The translations under genes and the position numbers were made by a program. The notes beneath the pieces were generated by a model, which was not told the DNA's origin, did not search any database, and was given only the letters and a program-made list of their open reading frames with translations. Positions 24,835 to 32,000 of a stretch of 32,000 nucleotides of DNA are shown piece by piece. Source of the DNA: Deltaproteobacteria bacterium (GTDB lineage Bacteria; Desulfobacterota; Syntrophia; Syntrophales; UBA2210); assembly GCA_030603465.1 (NCBI GenBank), contig JAUVXT010000002.1, forward strand, positions 1 to 32,000, written 5' to 3'. How positions within the stretch are numbered: position 1 is the first letter of the stretch; every line of letters starts with the position of its first letter.

Positions 24835-25045
24835 GTAGATAATGCAATTAAAAAAGTGTGATCGTAAAATGCGAATAGGAGAGATCGTTGTGATGAAAGG
24901 AGCCGCTGATGTGTGGTTCGTAACAGTCGAGTGGGTAACTATCCCATGAGATCAGAAGAAGCTATTCTGTAAGGTAGTTGGCGTAAATTCGCGATGCGAC
25001 ATTATATTCCTTTTGCGGGATCATTAATAAACGGAGGATAAATAT

Positions 25046-25999
25046 ATGATGAAATCTTACGAAGAATTGAGAGAAGTCATCGACAAGAAGAACAGGGGTC
25101 TGCGTGACAAAGTCATGTCACTGGAAGATGCCATCGGATTGATCCAAGACGGTGATCATGTTGCTTCGGGCGGCTGCCACTATTCCAAGACGGCAATGGC
25201 GGCAGTTTGGGAGATGATACGGCAGAAGAAGAGGGATATAACCTATTCCAGAAGCATTGCTTCGACGGAAGGGGATCTTCTTCTGGTGGCAGGTGTGGTT
25301 AAGCGTGTTGTTTCAAGCTGGTTCAGCCCGGGGGTTACCTGGGGTGTGTCCAGGGTAATGCGTCATTACACGCAGAATAAAATTGCGGAATTTGAAGAGT
25401 GGAGCCACATGAGCCTCGGTCTTCGGTATCGAGCGGGGGCTATGGGAATCCCCTTTATCCCGGCAAGAGCTATGATGGGATCAGACCTATTCCCCCGATT
25501 ATCGGATATAAAAGAAATGGAATGTCCCTTTACGGGCGAGAAGCTGGCGCTTATACCGGCCCTCAATCCCGATGTGGCCATTATACATGCGCAGCGTTGC
25601 GATGCCTATGGAAATGTGCAATTGGACGGGCTCCCCTTTATGGACAAAGACATAGCCCTTGCCGCCAATAAGGTTATTGTTACAACCGAGCGGATTGTCA
25701 GCAATGATCAGATTCGAAGGGCGCCGGATCGTACTGCAATAGGTTTCTTCTGTGTCGATGCGGTGGTAGAGGTTCCCTATGGATGCCTTCCTCACGAATG
25801 TTACGGGCAATATGAGCCGGCATTCAAACACATGGATTACTACGTAAAGCTGATGATGGGCAGGGGTCCCGACGGCGTAAAGGAATACTTGGATGAGTAT
25901 GTTTATGCTCCGGCCAACTGGAATGAGTATATTGAAAAGATTGGATTCAAGAATATTCTGGATGCAACCATCGAAGGAAGGGGGATTTACAATGACTAA
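25046..25999 (+). CDS. Family I CoA-transferase subunit A (glutaconate CoA-transferase GctA-like)
   Basis: The 317-aa large alpha subunit has SLEDAIGLIQDGDHVASGG at the N-terminus and a NPDVAIIHAQRCDAYGN block. A GGAGGA RBS lies 7 nt upstream. Confidence 0.8.
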   Translation: MMKSYEELREVIDKKNRGLRDKVMSLEDAIGLIQDGDHVASGGCHYSKTAMAAVWEMIRQKKRDITYSRSIASTEGDLLLVAGVVKRVVSSWFSPGVTWGVSRVMRHYTQNKIAEFEEWSHMSLGLRYRAGAMGIPFIPARAMMGSDLFPRLSDIKEMECPFTGEKLALIPALNPDVAIIHAQRCDAYGNVQLDGLPFMDKDIALAANKVIVTTERIVSNDQIRRAPDRTAIGFFCVDAVVEVPYGCLPHECYGQYEPAFKHMDYYVKLMMGRGPDGVKEYLDEYVYAPANWNEYIEKIGFKNILDATIEGRGIYND

Positions 26000-26774
26000 G
26001 TTAGATTACAACACAGCCGAACTGGTTGCCATTATGAGCGCCAGGTTCCTCGAGGATGGAAAGATTGTCTTTGGCGGAGCCGGGATGCCTTTAATATCCT
26101 GTATACTCGCGCAGAAATTACATGCACCCACATTAACCATTCTCTTTGAAGGGGGTGTAATAGGACCGGATATACAAATAGGGAAATTGCCTCCAAGTAC
26201 CAATGAGCAGAGGGCGGCCAGAAGGGCCAATATGCTACTTTCGATTACGGACATTCTGCTTCTTCAGCAAAGGGGATATGTAGATTATGGATTTCTTGGG
26301 GGCGCCCAGATCGATCAGTACGGGAACCTGAACAGCTCCTTTATCGGCGATCCCGATAATCCGAAGGTCAGACTTCCCGGGACCGGTGGCGCCAATGATA
26401 TAGCAAGTCTGGCATCGAAAATACTGGTGGCCATGCATCATGAGAAGAAGCGCTTCGTAGAGAAGGTCGACTTCATTACCACCCCGGGCTACCTGCAGGG
26501 TGGAACCAGCCGCAAGGATGCCGGTTTGCTTGCCGGAGGCATTTACAAGGTTATAACGCACCTGGGCATATTCGGATTTGAGAAAGAGTCTAAGAGGATG
26601 TGCCTGGAGACCCTTCACCCGGGTGCAACAATAGAAGAGGTCGAGGAGAGGACGGGATTTGAAATGATCATACCCGATAAAATCGAGTATACCAAGGCTC
26701 CAACGGAGAAGGAGCTTACCATTTTGAGGGAACTTGATCCCGATAAACGGTATACCACACCAAAAGCGGAATAG
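25992..26774 (+). CDS. Family I CoA-transferase subunit B (GctB-like)
   Basis: The start MTKLDYNTAELVAIMSARFL at 25992 overlaps the subunit A stop by 8 nt. LTILFEGGVIG contains the expected catalytic Glu context. A PGTGGANDIA block is present. Confidence 0.8.
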   Translation: MTKLDYNTAELVAIMSARFLEDGKIVFGGAGMPLISCILAQKLHAPTLTILFEGGVIGPDIQIGKLPPSTNEQRAARRANMLLSITDILLLQQRGYVDYGFLGGAQIDQYGNLNSSFIGDPDNPKVRLPGTGGANDIASLASKILVAMHHEKKRFVEKVDFITTPGYLQGGTSRKDAGLLAGGIYKVITHLGIFGFEKESKRMCLETLHPGATIEEVEERTGFEMIIPDKIEYTKAPTEKELTILRELDPDKRYTTPKAE

Positions 26775-26807
26775 ATAATACCCGGATATTTCGGACAATA
26801 ATCTTAC

Positions 26808-26839
26808 GGGACCTCTGGAATTATTCTTTCAGGGGTCTC
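26808..26839 (+). terminator. Possible intrinsic terminator after the CoA-transferase genes
   Basis: GACCTCTG pairs with CAGGGGTC (8 bp including one G-U) around a 13-nt loop, followed by a T-rich stretch. This is a weak call. Confidence 0.25.
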
Positions 26840-26898
26840 ATATTGATGTTATTTCAGAGAGAACAAGCGATAAGACTTTATCGGGAGGAAAACATGAT

Positions 26899-29064
26899 AT
26901 GAATAATAATAGAATAAAAAATCTTGAATATCTTTTTAATCCGCGGTCAATCGCGATTTTAGGCGCGTCTTCAGACCTGAATAAACTGAGCGGCAGGCCC
27001 CTGGCTTATATGCTTCGTTTTGGTTATCCGGGGAAGATCTACCCCATAAATCCGAAATACGATGAGATTGCGGGTATCAAGTGTTATCCCAGTCTGGACG
27101 ATGTGCCGGGTGATATTGATATACTCATGGTCATAGTTCCTACCAAATACGTACTGCCGAACCTGGAGAAGGGACTTCGTAAAGGCGTAAAGGCGGCCGT
27201 TGTTATAAGTGGAGGATTTTCTGAGGTCGGTGAAGATGGCAGAAAAGAACAACTTAAACTGACTGAATTCGCGAAAGAGACGGGGATGCTTATCTACGGT
27301 CCCAACACGAATGGATTTGTCAGCATTGTTAACAAGACGGTGGCAACATTTTCACAGTCCGTCGAGGTCATTAAGGAGATGATACCGGGAAATACGGGGC
27401 TCATCACACAGAGTGGCGCCTTTGGAGCCACCATATTTGATCGGGCCATGAAGGTGGGTCTTGGCATGAGTCACTGGGCGGCAACGGGAAATGAAGCGGA
27501 TCTGGAGTTCTGTGATTTTCTTGAATACATGGTTGATGATCCGCAGACGAAGGTGATAGCAGGATTCCTGGCAGGTGTCGAGGATGGTCAAAAGTTTATC
27601 AGCGCATTAGACCGGGCCGCGAAAAAGGGCAAACCGGTGATTATCTTGAAGGTTGGTGGTACTGAAGCTTCTCAGAGGGCCGCTCAATCGCATACCGGAA
27701 CCATTATCGGGTCGGCGGAATCTTATGACGCGATTTTCAAACAAAAGGGAGTGATTGTTGCGAAGGATGTTCATGATTTGATCGATTATTCGATGGCCTT
27801 ATCGTCAACAGATACCTATCCTCGTGGGAAAAGGGTTGGGATCATGACCGAGTCGGGGGGTGGCGGAATACTCCTGACGGAACGCTGCACCGAGTTTGGA
27901 ATGACGGTTCCTGAAGTGACGGGGTCAACGGCTGAAAAGCTGAAGGAGGTCGTTCCGGCCTTCGGTTCGATAAAGAACCCGATCGATCTTACAGGACAAA
28001 CCCTGAGTGTTCCGGGGTTGATCAAGGATGCCACGGAAGTGATGATGAAAGTGGATGATTTTGATATCGTTGTACCCTTTCTTCTGATGTCAAAGGCCAC
28101 CGCCGAAATCAGAGCCAGGGGGCTTACGGATATAGCCCGTGACTACAAGGGCGGCAAGACCATGGTGGTTTGCTGGCCCGAAGGACCAAAAGAGTGGGTC
28201 AAACATCTTACCGATAATGGCATCCATGTATCTGAAACGGCTACCGGTTGTGCCGAGATCATGAACGCGATTGTCAGCTATGATGAATTCAGGAGAAAAT
28301 ACAAGACACCCGAACCTCTGGATGAGAAATTGGTAGAGATGCCTTCCGACCGCAGGGAAAGGGCGATGAAGATCATTCAGGGTGCGCGAGATAGAGGCGA
28401 TAAGTCACTGAATGAGTACGAGGCAAAAGGGGTTCTTCAGGCTTACGGCATTCCCACGGTGGAGGAAGCCTTGGCGAATTCTCCCGATGAAGCGGCCAGC
28501 ATAGCCGGAAAGATCGGATATCCCGTCGTTGCAAAGCTTGTTTCTTCCGACATACTTCACAAAACGGAGGCGGGTGTTATCAGGTTGAACATTGAATCGG
28601 AAGGTCAATTGAAAAATGCCTATGAAGAAGTTATCGCGAACGGGAAGAAATATAGGGCTGATGCAAGAATACAGGGAGTATTGATTCAGAAAATGATCGT
28701 TGAGAAGGGTGTTGAAACGATCATCGGTGTCTCCCGCAAAGAACCCTTTGGACCGGCAATGATGTTTGGTCTGGGAGGAATCCTTGTAGAAGTTATGAAG
28801 GATGTATCCATAAAGGTCTTACCTGTGAGTACGGTGGATATGGAAAATATGGTTCGGGAGATTTGTGGATATAAGATTCTTCAGGGTGTGAGAGGTAGAA
28901 AAGCGTCTGATATTGCCGCCATTTCCAATACCCTGCTCAAGGTTGCCTGTCTGGCCAACGATTTCAAAGATGTTATCGCTGAATTGGATATAAATCCCCT
29001 GATCGCCCTGGAATATGGGAAAGGCGTAAAAGCAGTCGATGCCCTCATATTGCTGAAGGGATAA
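26899..29064 (+). CDS. Fused ADP-forming acyl-CoA synthetase (alpha plus beta/ATP-grasp in one 721-aa polypeptide)
   Basis: N-terminal LFNPRSIAILGASSD, GPNTNGF and the phosphohistidine loop AAQSHTGTIIG. The C-terminal ATP-grasp part (GYPVVAKLVSSDILHKTEAGV ... ELDINPL) is collinear with 3933-6117. Confidence 0.85.
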   Translation: MNNNRIKNLEYLFNPRSIAILGASSDLNKLSGRPLAYMLRFGYPGKIYPINPKYDEIAGIKCYPSLDDVPGDIDILMVIVPTKYVLPNLEKGLRKGVKAAVVISGGFSEVGEDGRKEQLKLTEFAKETGMLIYGPNTNGFVSIVNKTVATFSQSVEVIKEMIPGNTGLITQSGAFGATIFDRAMKVGLGMSHWAATGNEADLEFCDFLEYMVDDPQTKVIAGFLAGVEDGQKFISALDRAAKKGKPVIILKVGGTEASQRAAQSHTGTIIGSAESYDAIFKQKGVIVAKDVHDLIDYSMALSSTDTYPRGKRVGIMTESGGGGILLTERCTEFGMTVPEVTGSTAEKLKEVVPAFGSIKNPIDLTGQTLSVPGLIKDATEVMMKVDDFDIVVPFLLMSKATAEIRARGLTDIARDYKGGKTMVVCWPEGPKEWVKHLTDNGIHVSETATGCAEIMNAIVSYDEFRRKYKTPEPLDEKLVEMPSDRRERAMKIIQGARDRGDKSLNEYEAKGVLQAYGIPTVEEALANSPDEAASIAGKIGYPVVAKLVSSDILHKTEAGVIRLNIESEGQLKNAYEEVIANGKKYRADARIQGVLIQKMIVEKGVETIIGVSRKEPFGPAMMFGLGGILVEVMKDVSIKVLPVSTVDMENMVREICGYKILQGVRGRKASDIAAISNTLLKVACLANDFKDVIAELDINPLIALEYGKGVKAVDALILLKG

Positions 29065-29304
29065 ATGAAAGAGAAAACAGAGGGAATTGATATGAACGAT
29101 TCTAAAAAAGGTAGCATTTCTGGGAAAGAAGAAAAAAAAGCAGACCTTTCTTATCTCAGAGGTTACTGCCGCGTATGCAATCGACACTATTTCTACAAAC
29201 ATCACATCGATACGGAGCATGTTCAGCTTCGCCAGTACCATAGCGGTGTCTGTCAGAAGTGCCGGAAAAAGTGTGTGCGAATCGATTCGATAACGAGGAG
29301 TTAA
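29065..29304 (+). CDS. Small (79-aa) Cys/His-rich protein, putative zinc-binding
   Basis: The ATG directly abuts the upstream TAA, and the stop lies 2 nt before the next start, so the ORF exactly fills the gap. It has a lysine-rich N-terminus, then CRVC-x7-HH-x4-H and CQKCRKKC. Confidence 0.5.
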   Translation: MKEKTEGIDMNDSKKGSISGKEEKKADLSYLRGYCRVCNRHYFYKHHIDTEHVQLRQYHSGVCQKCRKKCVRIDSITRS

Positions 29305-29306
29305 GT

Positions 29307-30131
29307 ATGATTATAGATTTTCATGTCCATACTGCCTATTATCAGACCATGACCCGGAGTTACGCGGATTATATTCGCAGCAAATGGGGCGATCGCACGG
29401 ATTGGCTGATAGAAACATATTCATCGCCCGAGGCCTTTCTCGGATTGATGGACGAAGGGGGTATCGATTATGCCGTGATACTGGCGGAATTGGCGCCGAT
29501 TACCACCGGGATTGCGGATAATGAATATGTGGCCGAGTTTTGCTCCAAAAGCCCCCGGCTGATACCCTTTGCCAGCGTCAATCCCTGTACTTCCCCCTTG
29601 CCGGCCAAAGAACTGGAAAAGCTGGTACTGGAGTACGGTTTTCGAGGATTGAAACTCTATCCTACTTACCAGCATTATTATCCCAATGATGCCATGATCT
29701 ATCCGCTCTACGCGAAAGCTCAGGAACTGGGTATGCCGGTATCCATGCATTTAGGGTCATCGATATTTACAGGTTCCAGACTGAAGTATGGAGATCCTCT
29801 CTATATTGATGATGTGGCCGTGGATTTCCCTGAACTGACGCTGGTTCAGTGTCACAGTGGCCGTCCCTTCTGGTATGACCGGGCATTCGGACTGGCCAGG
29901 CTTCATGAGAATGTCTATATGGAGATATCAGGTCTTCCCCCGACACTGCTTTTGAAATATTTTCCAGACATGGATAGGATAGCGGACAAGGTGATATATG
30001 GGTCGGATTGGCCCGGAGTGCCGACCATCAAGGAGAATATCCAGGTCATAAAGGGCCTGGAGATGAGCGATGATTCAAAGCAAAAGATCCTTGGTGTCAA
30101 TGCGGCCAGGGTATTGGGCATAGAATCATAA
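29307..30131 (+). CDS. Amidohydrolase_2 (PF04909-type) TIM-barrel metal hydrolase/decarboxylase/lactonase
   Basis: MIIDFHVHTAYY has the HxH motif at the extreme N-terminus, followed by GLKLYP, MHLGS, the His in VQCHSGRPFW and the terminal Asp in VIYGSDWP. A GAGGAG RBS is present. The ORF-track start at 29259 overlaps the small ORF. Confidence 0.85.
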   Translation: MIIDFHVHTAYYQTMTRSYADYIRSKWGDRTDWLIETYSSPEAFLGLMDEGGIDYAVILAELAPITTGIADNEYVAEFCSKSPRLIPFASVNPCTSPLPAKELEKLVLEYGFRGLKLYPTYQHYYPNDAMIYPLYAKAQELGMPVSMHLGSSIFTGSRLKYGDPLYIDDVAVDFPELTLVQCHSGRPFWYDRAFGLARLHENVYMEISGLPPTLLLKYFPDMDRIADKVIYGSDWPGVPTIKENIQVIKGLEMSDDSKQKILGVNAARVLGIES

Positions 30132-30199
30132 ACGGCGGCATTGACGACGATGAATGTCGATTCACATAAACTAAAAACTGAATTTCCGATATGCGGCAT

Positions 30200-30229
30200 T
30201 TCAGAACGCTCATAACCTATTAATATAAT
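30200..30229 (+). promoter_or_regulatory. Sigma70-like promoter candidate for the GS-like gene
   Basis: -35 TTCAGA (30200-30205), 18-nt spacer, and a perfect -10 TATAAT (30224-30229), 27 nt upstream of the ATG at 30257. Confidence 0.3.
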
Positions 30230-30256
30230 GTATTATTACCTTTGAAGGAGGGTTTG

Positions 30257-31789
30257 ATGACAGCGAGGAATATCACATGTGAAAAGAATGAATACGGCAT
30301 GGAGATGAATCTCTTGGTAAAGTTTTTGAAAAAACAGCCCGATGACTTTACAAAGGAAGATATAATTCATTTTATAAGGGAAAACGATATAGAGATAGTT
30401 AATTTCTGCTATCCAGGTGACGATGGAAGAATTAAGAAACTGAATTTCCCTGTAACGAATCTCGACTATATTGATCTTATACTTGAAGCGGGAGAAAGAG
30501 TGGATGGCTCGAGCCTCTTTCCCTATATAGACGCGGCAAGCTCCGACGTTTATGTGGTGCCGAGATACAAGAACGCCTTTGTGGATCCCTTCAGTTCAAT
30601 ACCATCACTGAACCTTATGTGCTCTTACATTGACAATAGCGGAAAGCCGCTTGGAATCGGGCCGCACAATATTGTGAAAATGGTGAGCAGAAAAATTATA
30701 GAGGATACGGGAATAAGGCTTAAGGCGTTGGGTGAGCTTGAATACTATGTCATTATGGATGTAGAAGATGACGGGTTTCCTTCAGTTCCACAGAGGAATT
30801 ATCACGAGTCGGCGCCCTTCGTAAAGGGTGAAGCCCTTAGAGAAGAGATCCTGACGACGCTCAGCAGGTGTGGAATAAAGGTGAAATATGCCCATTCGGA
30901 AGTGGGCGATCTCCCTCCCAAGGGAACAAAGGTGGCGGAACAGCATGAAATAGAACTCCTCCCGGAAATCATAGAGGATATGGCTGATCACATGACGATA
31001 GCTAAATGGATAATAAGAAATGTGGCGGCGGAACTGGGAGTTACCGTTACCTTCTCGCCGAAGATAGAAGTGGGGCACGCAGGTTCCGGTCTGCATATAC
31101 ACCTTTGCGGCGAGATGGACGGCAAAGGTGTTATGACAGGGGAAGACGGGCAATTAAGTCTTATCGCCAGGCAGATGATCGGCGGAACCCTCAAGTATGC
31201 GAAGAGTATTACCGCCTTCGGGAATATGATCCCTACATCGTATCTGAGACTGGTTCCCAATCAGGAAGCGCCTACGAAGATATGCTGGGGACCGAGAAAC
31301 AGGTCTGTCCTGGTGAGAATTCCCCTCGGGTGGGGCGAGAATATGGCTAATATAGGACAGATTCTCAACTATGGTGAAGTAAGAGTACCCTTTGAACTTC
31401 CCGAAAAACAGACCTTTGAAATAAGGTCTCCGGACCTGTCATCAAATCCTTACCATCTCCTTTCTGCAATTGGAGCGGCTATACACTGGGGCCTGACTAA
31501 TCCTGATGAATCACTAAAGATTGCAGAGGATCTCTATTTAACTGAAAATATCTTTAAGGATAAAAAACTGGCAGATAAATATGACGACCTCCCCGGGTCA
31601 TGCGTTGAATCGGGAAGGTCTCTTGAAGCCGACAGAGCTTTGTACGATGGGATCGGTTTTCCCTCTGAGCTTATCGACAAAAACATACAAAAGCTTAAAA
31701 GTTTCAATGATGAGAATATCAGGGAAGAAATTATAATAGATCCGGAGAAACTGGAAGAGTATGTTGAAAAGTACTTCCATTGCGGATAG
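30257..31789 (+). CDS. Glutamine synthetase-family (GSI-like) ATP-dependent amide ligase
   Basis: A full catalytic block set is present: GELEYYV, KYAHSEVG, AGSGLHIHL, RLVPNQEAP, GPRNRSVLVRIP and EIRSPDLSSNPY. An AGGAGG RBS precedes the ATG at 30257. Confidence 0.85.
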   Translation: MTARNITCEKNEYGMEMNLLVKFLKKQPDDFTKEDIIHFIRENDIEIVNFCYPGDDGRIKKLNFPVTNLDYIDLILEAGERVDGSSLFPYIDAASSDVYVVPRYKNAFVDPFSSIPSLNLMCSYIDNSGKPLGIGPHNIVKMVSRKIIEDTGIRLKALGELEYYVIMDVEDDGFPSVPQRNYHESAPFVKGEALREEILTTLSRCGIKVKYAHSEVGDLPPKGTKVAEQHEIELLPEIIEDMADHMTIAKWIIRNVAAELGVTVTFSPKIEVGHAGSGLHIHLCGEMDGKGVMTGEDGQLSLIARQMIGGTLKYAKSITAFGNMIPTSYLRLVPNQEAPTKICWGPRNRSVLVRIPLGWGENMANIGQILNYGEVRVPFELPEKQTFEIRSPDLSSNPYHLLSAIGAAIHWGLTNPDESLKIAEDLYLTENIFKDKKLADKYDDLPGSCVESGRSLEADRALYDGIGFPSELIDKNIQKLKSFNDENIREEIIIDPEKLEEYVEKYFHCG

Positions 31790-31844
31790 CGAACTGAACA
31801 GCGAGCGCATTCCTCTGCTGCTTGCGGCGAGGTTAGCGAGCGAA
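31790..31844 (+). repeat. Intergenic structured repeat R1, copy c
   Basis: It starts immediately after the GS-like stop codon. The flanks match copy a. The hairpin arms are CCTCTGC (31812-31818) / GCGAGG (31827-31832) with the same loop, TGCTTGCG. Confidence 0.75.
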
Positions 31845-31861
31845 TAAAAAATAAAATTTTT

Positions 31862-31898
31862 CTTACCCCGATAAACGGGATAAGTGTGTTAACGAAAT
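31862..31898 (-). repeat. Intergenic repeat R2, copy b (inverted relative to 15709-15746)
   Basis: Its reverse complement, ATTTCGTTAACACACTTATCCCGTTTATCGGGG, matches copy a. Confidence 0.7.
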
Positions 31899-31914
31899 CA
31901 TTAAACGGTCGGAG

Positions 31915-31946
31915 ATTCCCCGCAACTTGTTGCGGAGAGCTTCAAT
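31915..31946 (+). repeat. Partial R1-type repeat, copy d (ATTCCCCGC...hairpin...GAGCTTCAAT)
   Basis: It shares the ATTCCCCGC and AGCTTCAAT flanks with copy b. Its hairpin is CCGCAA-CTTG-TTGCGG. Confidence 0.6.
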
Positions 31947-32000
31947 CCGCTCGGAAAAGACTTCTTACGAAGTCGTCAAGATTGCAGAGTTGAAATATGT

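Noticed and set aside
24893-24949. Listing the 18-codon mini-ORF (MKGAADVWFVTVEWVTIP) as a coding feature.
   Set aside because: Only an RBS-like box supports it, and there is no conservation or codon evidence from a single sequence. It is mentioned within a finding instead.
1393-31810. Numerous minus-strand ORFs of 60-217 aa in the six-frame track, for example 1814-2467, 4338-4832, 9191-9712, 16583-17071 and 26235-26798.
   Set aside because: Each lies entirely inside a plus-strand gene that has strong family motifs. Their translations are low-complexity or Arg/Pro/Ser-rich, with no recognisable motifs and no Shine-Dalgarno. These are typical antisense shadow ORFs.
1023-31946. A CRISPR array or CRISPR remnants, considered because of the repeated palindromic approximately 30-50-nt elements.
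   Set aside because: The copies are kilobases apart, not in a regularly spaced array, and have no spacers. No cas genes are present.

Overview
This 32-kb window contains 27 protein-coding genes, all on the plus strand. I found no rRNA, tRNA, CRISPR array, transposase or integrase. It reads as a catabolic island for aromatic or heteroaromatic carboxylic acids. The host is probably an anaerobic bacterium, judging from the ADP-forming acyl-CoA synthetases and the glutaconate-type CoA-transferase; taxon and GC content were not determined. There are three blocks. Block 1 (179-12184) has a GntR regulator followed by an operon: cupin, ATZ/TRZ-type aminohydrolase, UbiX, split ADP-forming acyl-CoA synthetase (alpha and beta), a lone xanthine-dehydrogenase-family Mo large subunit, UbiD decarboxylase and a fused TRAP permease. 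Block 2 (12571-24662) has a second GntR regulator, an aryl-CoA ligase and a DUF2848-like protein. These are followed by a complete Mo-hydroxylase (large subunit, CoxG-like, FAD and 2Fe-2S subunits) and a LivHMGF-type ABC importer with its binding protein. The 2Fe-2S gene overlaps the first ABC permease gene. Block 3 (25046-31789) has a GctAB-like CoA-transferase, a fused ADP-forming acyl-CoA synthetase and a 79-aa Cys/His-rich ORF, then an Amidohydrolase_2 protein next to a glutamine-synthetase-like protein. That last pair resembles a split version of the FluG/NodGS fusion. The blocks are separated by two families of short structured intergenic repeats. The most interesting hypothesis is an undescribed pathway combining prFMN decarboxylation, CoA activation and molybdenum hydroxylation of an amino- or carboxy-substituted (hetero)aromatic acid. 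All functional calls rest on motif recognition in the supplied translations; no database search was possible.
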